In this document: piece after piece, positions 41,308-51,233 of the stretch | Layout of the letters: every line of letters starts with the position of its first letter | Numbering within the stretch: the stretch's first letter is position 1 | Source: Thermodesulfobacteriota bacterium | Lineage (GTDB): Bacteria > Desulfobacterota > Desulfobulbia > Desulfobulbales > SURF-16 | DNA length: 64,000 nucleotides | Reading direction: 5' to 3' | Assembly (NCBI GenBank): GCA_040755455.1 | Contig: JBFMAY010000002.1 | Location: forward strand, 96,001-160,000 | Notes under the pieces: model-generated | The model's input: the letters and a program-made list of their open reading frames with translations, nothing else | The model's database searches: none | Told to the model about the DNA's origin: nothing | Translations under genes and position numbers: made by a program

Positions 41308-43293
41308 ATGGCCAAAGAAAAAATTTCAACCCTGATTGTATTGACCATGGCCGTGCCGGCGCTGGCGCTGGCCGCGGAAAACAGCGAGGCCCCCGCCACG
41401 GCGGCCCTTGATGAGGTGGTGGTGACCGCCGCCCGGGTCAGCGAGTCCCTCCGGGAGGTAAGCGCCGGCGTCATGGTGATCGGCCCGGAGGAAATCGCCG
41501 CGTCACCGGCCCGGGACGTGGGGGAACTGCTGACGCAAAAAGGGCTGGGGGCCGTCACCCGCTACCCCGGCGAACTGACCTCCCTTAATATCCGCGGTTT
41601 CAGGACCGCGCCCTACGGCAACGATCTCAAGGCCCACGTACTGGTCCTACTCAACGGCCGCCGGGCCGGCACCGGCAACCTGGCCAAGATCATGACCAGC
41701 AACGTGGAGCGCATCGAGGTCATCCGCGGCCCCGGCGCGGTCCAGTACGGCTCGGCGGCCATGGGCGGCGTCATCAACGTCATCACCCGCCAGGGCGAAG
41801 GCGCCCCGTCGGCCGAACTGTCCGGCAAGATCGGCAGCTACGGTTATGACGAAAACGGCGTGCTGGTGGGGGGAGAGCAGCAGGGTTTTGATTTTTCCGG
41901 CAGTTTTTCCCGCGCCACCATGGATGATTATGACACGGGCTCGGGAGACCGGTTCCACAACACCGGCTATGACCATATCGATCATTACTCGCTCAACGCC
42001 GGCTACAATTTCCTGGACCGCCACCGCATGGGCGTCATCTTCACCCGCTATTACGGTGACGAGATCGGCAGCCCCGGCTATCTGACCACTAACGATCTGG
42101 ACGACAGCAAGGATTCGGCCAACCATTCCATGGACCTCATTTATGACGGCGCAAGCCTCGACAAGGTCTATTCCTGGCAGCTGCGCTACTTCACCGGCAA
42201 GGACCAGGACACCTGGTTTTTTCCTGGCACGAATGGCGCCCTAGACTCCACATGGCTGAACAAGACGGACATGAGCGGCGCCCAGGCACAGGGCAGCATG
42301 GAGCTGGGCACGGTCAGGCTGACCGCAGGCGTCGACTGGCTGGACTATGAATCAACCAGCAGCGCCGACCCGGCCGAGACCGATTCGGAAAATAAGGCGG
42401 CCTTCCTGCTGGCCAAGGCGAAATTCATGGAGCAACGGCTTATTGTCGACGGCGGCCTGCGTTATGACGCCTATGATCTGGAGGTGGTGGAGCCGGCGGG
42501 CAGGAATGAAGACGACAGCAATATGGCCGCCAGCGCAGGTGCGGTGTATCTGCTGACCGATGCCCTGAAACTGCGGGCCCATTACGGCGAGGCCTTCATC
42601 ATGCCCGGCGCCGATGAGCTGGCCGCCGATTTCTACGTCGACTACGGCTACGGATCCAGCCATTATGTGGGCAATCCGGCCCTTGATCCCGAGTCGAGCA
42701 GAACTTACGAAGGCGGCATCAATTATGCCAAAAACGGCCTGTCCGCCGGCCTGGCCTACTTCTTCACCCGTTACAAGGACAAGATCGAAAGCGTGGCCAC
42801 AGGCTCTGACCGGACCTGGGAGAATGTCGGCAAGGCGGAAATATCCGGCTTTGAAGGGGAGTTATCCTGTGATCTCGGCGCCCGCCTGGGCTGGTCTTTT
42901 GAGATCAGACCCTACGGCAACCTGACCTATCTTGACCGCTTTGAAGACCTGGACAATGATGAGGACTTGAAGTACGTGAGCGACTGGAACGCCGCCTACG
43001 GTATTTATGCCAGCGACTATCAGGGTTTTTCCGCCCGGCTGAACTTCACCTATACCGGTGAGCAGACCATAGAAGACTGGGAAACCGGCGCCTTCCCCGT
43101 CCCGGTCAAATCCTATGGCGGCTTTACCGTGGCTGATCTGTCAATCAGCAAGAAAATCCTTGATTTCAAGGAGAACGGCTCCTTCACCCTGAGCGGGGAA
43201 GTGACCAACCTTTTTGACAACGATTATGCCTATGTCAAGGGCTATCCCATGCCGGGCAGGATGCTCTTTGTCTCGTTAACCTATAAATATTAA
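41308..43293 (+). CDS. btuB: TonB-dependent cobalamin receptor (BtuB-like)
   Basis: TonB box LDEVVVTA, plug IEVIRGPGAVQYG...GGVINVIT, NLFD...PGR, terminal YKY; under B12 riboswitch. Confidence 0.85.
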   Translation: MAKEKISTLIVLTMAVPALALAAENSEAPATAALDEVVVTAARVSESLREVSAGVMVIGPEEIAASPARDVGELLTQKGLGAVTRYPGELTSLNIRGFRTAPYGNDLKAHVLVLLNGRRAGTGNLAKIMTSNVERIEVIRGPGAVQYGSAAMGGVINVITRQGEGAPSAELSGKIGSYGYDENGVLVGGEQQGFDFSGSFSRATMDDYDTGSGDRFHNTGYDHIDHYSLNAGYNFLDRHRMGVIFTRYYGDEIGSPGYLTTNDLDDSKDSANHSMDLIYDGASLDKVYSWQLRYFTGKDQDTWFFPGTNGALDSTWLNKTDMSGAQAQGSMELGTVRLTAGVDWLDYESTSSADPAETDSENKAAFLLAKAKFMEQRLIVDGGLRYDAYDLEVVEPAGRNEDDSNMAASAGAVYLLTDALKLRAHYGEAFIMPGADELAADFYVDYGYGSSHYVGNPALDPESSRTYEGGINYAKNGLSAGLAYFFTRYKDKIESVATGSDRTWENVGKAEISGFEGELSCDLGARLGWSFEIRPYGNLTYLDRFEDLDNDEDLKYVSDWNAAYGIYASDYQGFSARLNFTYTGEQTIEDWETGAFPVPVKSYGGFTVADLSISKKILDFKENGSFTLSGEVTNLFDNDYAYVKGYPMPGRMLFVSLTYKY

Positions 43294-43406
43294 CCGGCAA
43301 TAACGGCCGGGTTTGCGGGAACCCGGCCGGATCAGTCTTTGTTAGCGCCGCCTCCAACCAGGAACGGCCAGGGAGATATGATGCTTAACGATACGGGAAA
43401 TAGCAG

Positions 43407-44123
43407 ATGAAAAGTCTATTGCTGGCCGGAACCCTTTCGCTGACGCTGCATGGCGCCCTGATGCTGGTGAAATTCGACAGCCAGGGGCCACAACCGCCCC
43501 AGCCGCTGCCGCAGGTAATTTCCATTGCCCTGCTGGCGCCGCAGGAGACCCCGCAGGAGACCCGTCAGGCAACGCCAATCAGCAAACCGCCGGCCATAAA
43601 ACAAACGGCCAACCCCAAGGTCATGCCGGTTGTCCGGCCCGCAAGCCAGCCCAAGGCCGTTCCGCCCAGAAAGACCGAGGAAGAGCAACCGGCCGTAGCC
43701 GCCGTGACAATGGCAACCGAACAGGAGCAGACTGCCGGTCAGCCTGAGCCGGCCCGGCAACACAGTGGGGAGGAGGCGCAGCGCGCGGCAACCTGCCTGG
43801 CCGCCCTGCCGGCGGCAGGACCGCCGGGCGGGAGCGGGCAGCAGGACATTGAGGCCACCCCCCTTTACCGGCAGAACCCGCCCCCCGACTACCCGCCCCT
43901 GGCCCGCCGGCGGGGCCTGGAAGGCGCGGTGCAGCTTGACGTGCTGGTCAACAGCCGCGGCGGGGTGAATCAGGTGCGGCTGGCCGCAACCAGCGGCCAT
44001 GAACTGCTGGACCGAGCCGCCGCCGAGGCGGTGGAAAACTGGCTCTTCGCGCCGGGCAAGCGAGGCGAGCAAACCATTGACATGTGGGTGCGCGTCCCCA
44101 TCCGCTTTGCCCTGCATGAATAG
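43407..44123 (+). CDS. tonB: TonB energy transducer
   Basis: N-terminal TM with S-x3-H, Pro-rich linker, YPPLARRRGLEGAV, SG...LDRAA. Confidence 0.9.
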   Translation: MKSLLLAGTLSLTLHGALMLVKFDSQGPQPPQPLPQVISIALLAPQETPQETRQATPISKPPAIKQTANPKVMPVVRPASQPKAVPPRKTEEEQPAVAAVTMATEQEQTAGQPEPARQHSGEEAQRAATCLAALPAAGPPGGSGQQDIEATPLYRQNPPPDYPPLARRRGLEGAVQLDVLVNSRGGVNQVRLAATSGHELLDRAAAEAVENWLFAPGKRGEQTIDMWVRVPIRFALHE

Positions 44124-44129
44124 GCCCCT

Positions 44130-45050
44130 ATGAAAACGACATCACCCCCCCAGCGCCCGGCCGCATGGTTATGCCGCGCCGGCCTGCCGACTATTGCCGC
44201 CGTCCTGCTGGCCATGACCCTTTTTGCCGGGCGGGCCGGGGCGGAGGTCTTTGTCGACCAGGTGGGCCGCCGGGTTGACATTCCTGCCCCGCCGCAGCGC
44301 ATCGTCTCACTCATGCCAAGCATCACGGAAATCGTCTTTGCCCTGGGGGCAGGCCACCGCGTCAAGGGGGTGACCCTGTACAGCAATGAGCCGCCGGCCG
44401 CGGCGGAGCTGCCCAAGGTCGGCTCTTACGTCCATCCGGATGTGGAAAAGATCGTCAGCCTCAAACCTGACCTCTGCCTGGCGGTGCGGGACGGCAACCC
44501 CAGGCATATTGTCGACAAAATCACCGGACTCGGCATCCCGGTCTACACCATCGACCCGAGAAACCTTGCGGAGATCATGGAATCGGTTATGCTGCTGGCT
44601 GAGGTGCTGGACAGCGAAGAACGGGCCCGCGCCATTGTCGAGCAGATACAGGTTAAAATCAATAGCGCGGCCGGGCGGGTGACCCAGGCCGCAACCAGGC
44701 CCAGGGTTTTTTTCCAGATCGACGCCTCGCCCCTTGTCTCGGCCGGGTCAAACACCTTCATCGACCAGCTGATCACCCAGGCCGGCGGCGTCAACCTGGC
44801 GGCAGGCCCCACCGCCTATCCCCGGTACTCGTGGGAGGACATCCTGCTCATGCAGCCGGAGGTGGTCATCATCGCCTCCATGGCCGGCGGCTACAGCGAG
44901 GAAGAGCTGAAGGCCGCGTGGCGCAGATGGCCCGAACTGCCGGCGGTGCGAGACAACCGGCTCTATGTGGTCAACGCCGATCTCTTTGACCGGCCCACCC
45001 CCAGACTGGCCGACGGGCTTGAGCTGCTGGTCAATATCTTTTTCCCCTGA
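44130..45050 (+). CDS. btuF: Cobalamin ABC transporter substrate-binding protein
   Basis: PQRIVSLMPSITE, EKIVSLKPD, RPTPRLADG. Confidence 0.85.
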   Translation: MKTTSPPQRPAAWLCRAGLPTIAAVLLAMTLFAGRAGAEVFVDQVGRRVDIPAPPQRIVSLMPSITEIVFALGAGHRVKGVTLYSNEPPAAAELPKVGSYVHPDVEKIVSLKPDLCLAVRDGNPRHIVDKITGLGIPVYTIDPRNLAEIMESVMLLAEVLDSEERARAIVEQIQVKINSAAGRVTQAATRPRVFFQIDASPLVSAGSNTFIDQLITQAGGVNLAAGPTAYPRYSWEDILLMQPEVVIIASMAGGYSEEELKAAWRRWPELPAVRDNRLYVVNADLFDRPTPRLADGLELLVNIFFP

Positions 45051-45084
45051 CCGGAAGGTCTCGGGTTTTACGCCAAACTTTTTT

Positions 45085-46092
45085 ATGGACCAAACCTTCA
45101 CCCGCATCGGCCCACGGCTGACCGTTATCTGCCTGCTGCTCGGCCTGCTGCTGGCCGCGGCCCTGCTGCTCGGCGCCGGCCTCGGCTCATCCGGCAGAAA
45201 TCCCCTGGCCGTGCTCGATGTGCTGCGCCATCTTATGCAATCGGACACCACCCAGCACACCATTATCTGGAAAATCCGCCTGCCCCGGGTGCTGCTGGCG
45301 GCCATGGCGGGCGCCACCCTGTCCCTGGGCGGCCTGGTCTTTCAGGTGCTGCTGCGCAATCCCCTGGCGGAACCATATATCCTCGGCATCTCCGGCGGGG
45401 CGGCGGTGGGCGCCATCGCCGCCATGCTGCTCGGCATTTCCTTTTTCCCCGGGGTGACCGGCAGCGCCTTTGCCGGCAGCATGGCCACCCTGGCCATCGT
45501 CATGCTGCTGGCCTCAGGGCCGCAGGCCGGGCGCAAGGATTCCCTGCTGCTCGCCGGAGTGATGATGAACGCCTTTGCCGGGGCGGTGATCATGTTTCTC
45601 ATCTCCATGTCCCAGAGCAGTCAGCTGCACCACATCCTCTTCTGGCTCATGGGCGATCTTTCCATGGCCGAGGCGGCCAGGCTGCCGCTTTTCGCCCTGA
45701 TTTTGCCCTGCCATGTGGTCATCTTCATCCTGGCCCGGCCGATGAATGTCCTGCTCACCGGCCGGGAGGCGGCCGCCTCCCTTGGCGTCAACGTGCGCAA
45801 AATTTCGCTGATCCTGCTCATCACCGCCACCCTCATGGTGAGCCTGGTGGTCTGCCTGTCCGGCCTGGTGGGTTTTGTCGGCCTGGTGATTCCCCACATC
45901 CTGCGGCTGACCATCGGCCCTGACCACCGGGTGCTGGTGCCGGCCAGCCTGCTGGGCGGGGCCTCCTATCTCGTTTTCTGCGATCTGCTGGCCAGAACCC
46001 TGTCCACCAGCGGTGAGCTGCCGGTGGGCATCATCACCGCCATGATCGGCGCGCCGCTCTTTATCGTTCTGCTGTGGAGGTCCCGGCCATGA
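45085..46092 (+). CDS. btuC: Cobalamin ABC transporter permease (FecCD/BtuC family)
   Basis: IRLPR, RNPLAEP, GFVGLVIPH, ELPVGIITA. Confidence 0.88.
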   Translation: MDQTFTRIGPRLTVICLLLGLLLAAALLLGAGLGSSGRNPLAVLDVLRHLMQSDTTQHTIIWKIRLPRVLLAAMAGATLSLGGLVFQVLLRNPLAEPYILGISGGAAVGAIAAMLLGISFFPGVTGSAFAGSMATLAIVMLLASGPQAGRKDSLLLAGVMMNAFAGAVIMFLISMSQSSQLHHILFWLMGDLSMAEAARLPLFALILPCHVVIFILARPMNVLLTGREAAASLGVNVRKISLILLITATLMVSLVVCLSGLVGFVGLVIPHILRLTIGPDHRVLVPASLLGGASYLVFCDLLARTLSTSGELPVGIITAMIGAPLFIVLLWRSRP

Positions 46093-46913
46093 ATGCCGTT
46101 ACCATTGATAACATCAGCCTGTCCTATGGCGGCAAGCAGGTGCTGGACCATCTTTCGCTGGCAATCGACCGGGAGGAGTTTTTTATTATCATCGGCCCGA
46201 ACGGGGCGGGGAAATCCACCCTGCTCAAGGCCTTGACCGCCACGGAAAAAATCGATTCCGGCGGCATCATCCTTTTCGGCCGGCCACTGCGTGACTACTC
46301 CCGGCGTGAGTTGGCCCGGCTGGCCGCCCTGGTGCCCCAGGGCATGGAGAGCAATTTCCCCTTCAAAGTGGCGGACACGGTGCTCATGGGCCGTTCGCCC
46401 CATCTGGGCCTGCTCGCCATGGAGCAGGAGGAGGATTACCGCATCGCCCTGGAGGCCATGCAGGCCACCGACACCGCCCATCTGGCCGACCGCACCCTGG
46501 ACCAGCTTTCCGGCGGCGAGCGGCAGCGGGTCATCATTGCCCGGGCCATATGCCAGCAGCCGCAAATTCTCTTTCTGGACGAACCGACCGCGGCCCTTGA
46601 CCTGGCCCATCAGATCCGCATCATGGACCTGCTGGAAACCCTGCGCCGGGAAAGAAAGATCACCATCTGCATGGTTTCCCATGACATCAATCTGGCCGCC
46701 ATGTATGCCGACCGGCTGCTGCTGCTGAAAAACGGCCGGGTGGCGGCCACCGGCGCCCCCGGCATGGTGCTTGACGAAAAACTGCTTGAAGAGAGTTACC
46801 AATGCCGCCTGCTCGTTGATGAAAATCCGGTGAGCGGCACCCGCCGGGTCCTGCCCCTGCCGGCAAAATTCAGCCAGGCCGGCGACAAGGTTTATCCCGA
46901 AAAAGAGCGGTAA
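46089..46913 (+). CDS. btuD: Cobalamin ABC transporter ATPase
   Basis: GPNGAGKST, LSGGERQR, LDEPT, SHDIN. Confidence 0.88.
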   Translation: MNAVTIDNISLSYGGKQVLDHLSLAIDREEFFIIIGPNGAGKSTLLKALTATEKIDSGGIILFGRPLRDYSRRELARLAALVPQGMESNFPFKVADTVLMGRSPHLGLLAMEQEEDYRIALEAMQATDTAHLADRTLDQLSGGERQRVIIARAICQQPQILFLDEPTAALDLAHQIRIMDLLETLRRERKITICMVSHDINLAAMYADRLLLLKNGRVAATGAPGMVLDEKLLEESYQCRLLVDENPVSGTRRVLPLPAKFSQAGDKVYPEKER

Positions 46914-46981
46914 ATGGGCTGAGTGCGGCAAAGTGGGGCGGAGGAACCCGCCCGCCGCCCTGCCTGGCAACGGCAGAAACT

Positions 46982-47839
46982 CTACTGGGCTTCGCCTGGC
47001 ACCTGCGGTTGGCCAAGGCGCTGGCCAGCCAGAATTTTATCCAGGGAGCGGCTCAGCTGGCCGAGATGGATTTTTTCCTCGTCCGCCATGTGCCGGTAGA
47101 ATTCCCGCAGCTCCGGTTTGTCATTTTTCCGGGCCAGGCGGCTGTAGAGATCATAGGCCTGGGTTTCCAGCATCATGCCAAGCTGGATGATGTCCTCCAT
47201 GCTTGCAAGATAATCCCGGTAGGCACGCAGGGTCTTGTCCTTGTCAAACCCGCCTTCCATGGCGGAAAGGTCCTCCACATCGGTCAAATCCGGCATCTCC
47301 TGCCGGTACTGGCGCAGGAGCTTGGCCATATGGCCGTCCTCAAAGTCGGCCATGTGCTGAAGCAGTGCCTTCTGCTCCTTTGGGTCCACCATGTCCGCCA
47401 TGGCCAGATAAAACTGCTTGAGCCCCGCCTCCATCAGGTAGGCCATGAGGAAGGCGTTTTCAAACTCGTCGGAGACGAAAAACTCCATACCCTTGGTCTC
47501 CTGGCCGGAGAGCAGCAGACCGTTCCACGCCCTGATCCCGCCGGTGATGTTGATCACCTCCTGAAAGCCGCGGCCGCGCAGCACCTGGCAGGCGGCCCGG
47601 CTGCGCACCCCGTTATAGCAGTAGACCAGGGTGGGAAGCTGCGGGTCAAGCTCGGCGATCCGCGCCAGCAGATCGAGGACCGGCATAAGGAGAGCGCCGG
47701 GCAGGTGGCCCCGCTCATATTCCTTGCGCTGCCGGACATCCAGCAGTTGATATTCCCCGGTCCGGAGGCGCTTCATGTATGACCGGGCCTCTGCCGGCGG
47801 CATATTCTGGCCTGACGTGAAGAGAGATTTCCAGCTCAT
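46982..47839 (-). CDS. Rhodanese - rubrerythrin/ferritin-like fusion protein
   Basis: LDVRQ...GHLPGA, CYNGVRS; two ExxH di-iron motifs (EDGH, EKIH). Confidence 0.85.
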   Translation of the reverse strand: MSWKSLFTSGQNMPPAEARSYMKRLRTGEYQLLDVRQRKEYERGHLPGALLMPVLDLLARIAELDPQLPTLVYCYNGVRSRAACQVLRGRGFQEVINITGGIRAWNGLLLSGQETKGMEFFVSDEFENAFLMAYLMEAGLKQFYLAMADMVDPKEQKALLQHMADFEDGHMAKLLRQYRQEMPDLTDVEDLSAMEGGFDKDKTLRAYRDYLASMEDIIQLGMMLETQAYDLYSRLARKNDKPELREFYRHMADEEKIHLGQLSRSLDKILAGQRLGQPQVPGEAQ

Positions 47840-48146
47840 GATGGTCTGCTCTTGTTAAAAGAAATCCCGAAGTATGGCGGCAGCTCCTTTCCAGAGAAGT
47901 CAGGAACCAAAATAAATCGTTATGCAATCAACCATTCCGGCTTCTGATTTCCGGCGCAAGGCCAAGGACGGCAGTCACGCCATAAAATCAGCCACTGCAG
48001 CCAAATAGACAATCCTGCGGGTTGAGCATTATTTTTCTGCCACTGTGCGCTTCTTATACCCGCCGGAAGACAATAAGGCAAGCCGGACTGCTGCTCCCGC
48101 ATGAAATGAAGAAAAGCAATGGCTGCTCCGATGAAAAAAATAGTTA

Positions 48147-48224
48147 TTTACATTGCCATGATTTCATGGCATAATTTGTTCATATACGAACACTTATATG
48201 CAATTAAAAATTCAAACATGAACA
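48147..48224 (+). promoter_or_regulatory. Putative TA promoter with operator palindromes
   Basis: TTTACA-N17-CATAAT; TGCCATGA-tt-TCATGGCA across the spacer; TGTTC-N6-GAACA at 48177 and a partial copy at 48211. Confidence 0.6.
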
Positions 48225-48236
48225 AATACACCTGAA

Positions 48237-48548
48237 ATGCTCTCTCCGGAAATGCAAAACCGCATCCAGCGGATCGGCAGAAATCTGCAGATTGCCCGAA
48301 AAAGACGGAAGAAGACCACACAGCAGGCGGCGGAGATGATGGGAACCTCACTGTCTTCCGTCCGCCGCATGGAGGCCGGTGATCCCTCGGTGCGATTCGA
48401 GACCTATCTGGCCGCCCTGGAGGTCTATCAGCTTGACGACACCCTGCGCTTTGCCGAGCCGGAAGATGACCGCATCGGCCTGGCCCTGGAAAAACAGCGG
48501 CTCCCGCAGCGGGTCCGCATCAAGAAAGAGAAACGCCTTGACTTCTAG
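48237..48548 (+). CDS. XRE-family HTH antitoxin (HipB-like)
   Basis: IARKRRK...AEMMGTSLSSVRRMEAGDPSV; overlaps the downstream hipA start. Confidence 0.85.
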   Translation: MLSPEMQNRIQRIGRNLQIARKRRKKTTQQAAEMMGTSLSSVRRMEAGDPSVRFETYLAALEVYQLDDTLRFAEPEDDRIGLALEKQRLPQRVRIKKEKRLDF

Positions 48549-49764
48549 GGAATTCGCGCGATTCGTGTTCATCGAACTGCCGGGGGAAAATAAACCGGTG
48601 CCGGCAGGACTTTTCACCCTGGATACCGATCTTGGCGTCGGCACCTTCCAGTACGGGCTGCGCTACGCCCGGCGGCCCAATGCCATGGCCATCGATCCGG
48701 TCAATCTGCCGCTGACCGGGGATGATTACGTAACCCGCAAGAACGGCGGCGTCTTCGGGATTCTGCGGGATGTCCTGCCGGACAGCTGGGGCCGGTACAT
48801 TCTGGCCAAGCAGCTGGGCGTCCCTTTCGGCACCCAGCGGGATTTTGAACTCATCGACCTTCTTTCCATCAATGCGGTGGGCGCGCTGTCCTTCGGCAAG
48901 ACCCCGGAGAAATCGTCCGCCCGCCGGGACAAACCCGTCTCCCTCTCCGAACTTGCCGAGGTTGCCAAGATCATCGACCAGGCCATGGAGGACAAGGAAC
49001 TGCCGCCGGAGGTCCTGCACCTGCTCCGCCAGGGGACATCGCTCGGCGGCGCCCAGCCCAAGTGCACGGTGGTCATCGGCCACGAGGAGTGGATTGCGAA
49101 ATTTGCCAGCACCAGGACCGCGATCAAATATCCGGGCATCGAATACGCCACCATGACCCTGGCCGCCAGGGCGGGCATCAGGGTCCCGGATTTCCGCCTT
49201 GAGTCGGTGGCCGGCCGGCCAGTTTTTCTCATCAAAAGATTTGACCGGGAAGACGGCCGCCGCCTGCCCTTCATGAGCGCCTTTGCCCTGAGCAACCTCG
49301 ACATCGACGAACTGGAACGCGGCTCCTACCCCGAAATCGCCGGCCATATGCGCAAGTTCGTCCGTCATGTCCACGAGGACCACCACGAACTCTTCCGGCG
49401 CATGGCCTTCAACATGTTTGTCCGCAACGAAGACGACCATCTGCGTAATCACGGCTTTATTTACCGGGGCGGCTGGATGCTGTCACCGGCTTACGATATC
49501 GTGCCGGTGCCGTCCCGCCGGAAACCCCAGGAGACCTTTCACCTGTCCCTGCAGGCCGGCGACCAGGGTTCGGCGGCCACCATGACCAATCTTCTCAGCC
49601 AATGCGCGCGGTTCAGCCTGCAAAAAGAGCAGGCCCTTGCCATCATCGGCCGGGTGACGGAGGCCGTCCAGGGCTGGGAACAGGAAATGGACCGGGCCGG
49701 GGTGAGCCGCGATGACCGGGAAGCCGTCCGCTGGTGTTTCGAAGGTTTCCGGCAGGTGAACTAA
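48538..49764 (+). CDS. hipA: HipA-family kinase toxin
   Basis: LPDSWGR, SLGGAQPK, IAKF, KRFDR, NEDDHLRNHGF, LSPAYD; TTG start inferred. Confidence 0.9.
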   Translation: MTSREFARFVFIELPGENKPVPAGLFTLDTDLGVGTFQYGLRYARRPNAMAIDPVNLPLTGDDYVTRKNGGVFGILRDVLPDSWGRYILAKQLGVPFGTQRDFELIDLLSINAVGALSFGKTPEKSSARRDKPVSLSELAEVAKIIDQAMEDKELPPEVLHLLRQGTSLGGAQPKCTVVIGHEEWIAKFASTRTAIKYPGIEYATMTLAARAGIRVPDFRLESVAGRPVFLIKRFDREDGRRLPFMSAFALSNLDIDELERGSYPEIAGHMRKFVRHVHEDHHELFRRMAFNMFVRNEDDHLRNHGFIYRGGWMLSPAYDIVPVPSRRKPQETFHLSLQAGDQGSAATMTNLLSQCARFSLQKEQALAIIGRVTEAVQGWEQEMDRAGVSRDDREAVRWCFEGFRQVN

Positions 49765-49994
49765 GATTTCGATGGGGAACAAGAAAGGGCAAATGCGGAG
49801 CTGACGCCTTTTCGACCAGCACGGAATTTCTGCGCGACCGATCTGTGAGAGATGCATATGGCTCGCCGGAATTGCGGCTGGGGCCATCCTTTTACATGCA
49901 CAAAAGCCAAAGGCGGACTTGACCCCTTCTTTGACCCCTTCTGGACTTATTCGTTATACTTGTTGATTTCTATATACAGCCAGCAGGCATCTAC

Positions 49995-50468
49995 TCAACT
50001 GTTATTTGTATCACTATTCTGTATAGTTGAATCTTCTTTGTCATGAGACTGGCTCCTTTTCATTAAAAAGTAGCCGACTGTTAGTGCGATAACAATAGAG
50101 GCTATTCCAATCAGACTCAGGCTATCTACCTCCTTCAAATCCAGAATAATGACTTTACGGGCAATTGCGATGATTGCCACAGAAAGAACGACATCATAGT
50201 GAGGTTGCCCCTGAGTTATATATGTTTTAATTATGGTTTCCAGGAGTTCAATTCCTATCAAAACCAACATAAAGAGCCCGAATATCTCAAGCAACTGATC
50301 AACGCTGAGAAGCAAGAAAGGTGGTTGCAAGATATCTTTGATGATAAGCCAAGCGAGATCAACTGTGGCAAGCCCAAGAACAATTGCCATCATCACCATA
50401 AGTGATTGAATCATCAATTTTTCATACTTCTTCAGTAAAGTGAACATATTCCATCTGTGCCATTTCAT
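49995..50468 (-). CDS. PsiE-family membrane protein (AT-rich)
   Basis: LLEIFGLFMLVLIGIELLETI, AIIAIARKVIILD; four TM helices. Confidence 0.85.
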   Translation of the reverse strand: MKWHRWNMFTLLKKYEKLMIQSLMVMMAIVLGLATVDLAWLIIKDILQPPFLLLSVDQLLEIFGLFMLVLIGIELLETIIKTYITQGQPHYDVVLSVAIIAIARKVIILDLKEVDSLSLIGIASIVIALTVGYFLMKRSQSHDKEDSTIQNSDTNNS

Positions 50469-50492
50469 AATTTTAGGGCACCGTGGGCACCG

Positions 50493-50564
50493 TGGGGACG
50501 TCCATAAAACAATAAGTTTCCAATGTTGCCATCGTACAATTTTATAATTTCATGGACGTCCCCA
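50493..50564. mobile_element. 72-bp MITE/REP-like element with 13-bp terminal inverted repeats
   Basis: tggggacgtccat ... atggacgtcccca around an AT-rich spacer. Confidence 0.55.
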
Positions 50565-50713
50565 ACTTTTCCCTAATTCAAATAATCCCATTCATGCGAC
50601 AACGAAGTATACACGTAATTCTGCGCTGTCCACGACAGCAACAAGAGCATTGCACCTACGATCTTCACTTTAAACCACGGGAGGGCTTCTTCACAATTTT
50701 CTTCTCTCTACGC

Positions 50714-50776
50714 GCATAATCGCGGCGCTTAACCGGGCGCGGCTGTTGGCGCTCCGAGTTAAAGCTCTGGTTAGCA
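50714..50776 (-). mobile_element. Degenerate integron attC-like recombination site
   Basis: Minus strand GCTAAC-caga-GCTTTAAC-[stem]-GTTAAGC-gccgc-G(A)TTATGC, starting 4 bp after the upstream stop codon. Confidence 0.7.
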
Positions 50777-50780
50777 AATA

Positions 50781-51233
50781 CTATTCGTAATCCAAATATT
50801 GCTTTAATTTAACTCCGTTGTCGATAGCGACACGTGGATATTCTGTGTCATTAAGTGACATTGTTTTTTTTCTACTTTTTTTAATCTCAAACAACCAATT
50901 GTCACCAAAATCAAAAAGATAATAGAGCTTTAACCCATTAAGGGGATAAACATCCTTCATTAGAATATTCTCGTAAACATCTTCATCGTCTGGATACCCT
51001 GTCTCCTCTGAAAAGATAATTTTGCGGTTTCGATCATTTCGGCCAGCATAAAATTCAAATAGATGATCATTCTCAAAACCAATTGTGTTTTGGATGAAAA
51101 GATGGAAATCAAAGAGAGAACAGATATCTGGGACTTCAATTGTTGCTTCCCAAAAATTTTTATCTTCAACTGGATCCCAAATATTAGCAATATTTAATGT
51201 GTAAAGTTCAAATTTTGTTTTAATAATAGCCAT
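50781..51233 (-). CDS. pRiA4b ORF3-like protein, AT-rich gene cassette
   Basis: SLFDFHLFIQNTIGFENDHLFEF and YLFDFGDNW resemble the family motifs; strongly AT-rich. Confidence 0.8.
   Translation of the reverse strand: MAIIKTKFELYTLNIANIWDPVEDKNFWEATIEVPDICSLFDFHLFIQNTIGFENDHLFEFYAGRNDRNRKIIFSEETGYPDDEDVYENILMKDVYPLNGLKLYYLFDFGDNWLFEIKKSRKKTMSLNDTEYPRVAIDNGVKLKQYLDYE

Noticed and set aside
43304..43329. Hairpin after btuB as a terminator
   Set aside because: No adjacent T tract and the operon continues; more likely an mRNA-stabilising stem
48379..48537. N-terminal 53 aa of the hipA ORF as given in the ORF track
   Set aside because: Overlaps the antitoxin gene out of frame; HipA-like sequence begins only after about 48538
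49960..50005. attC after psiE (TAAC near its stop codon)
   Set aside because: No L boxes, stem or GTT core follow it
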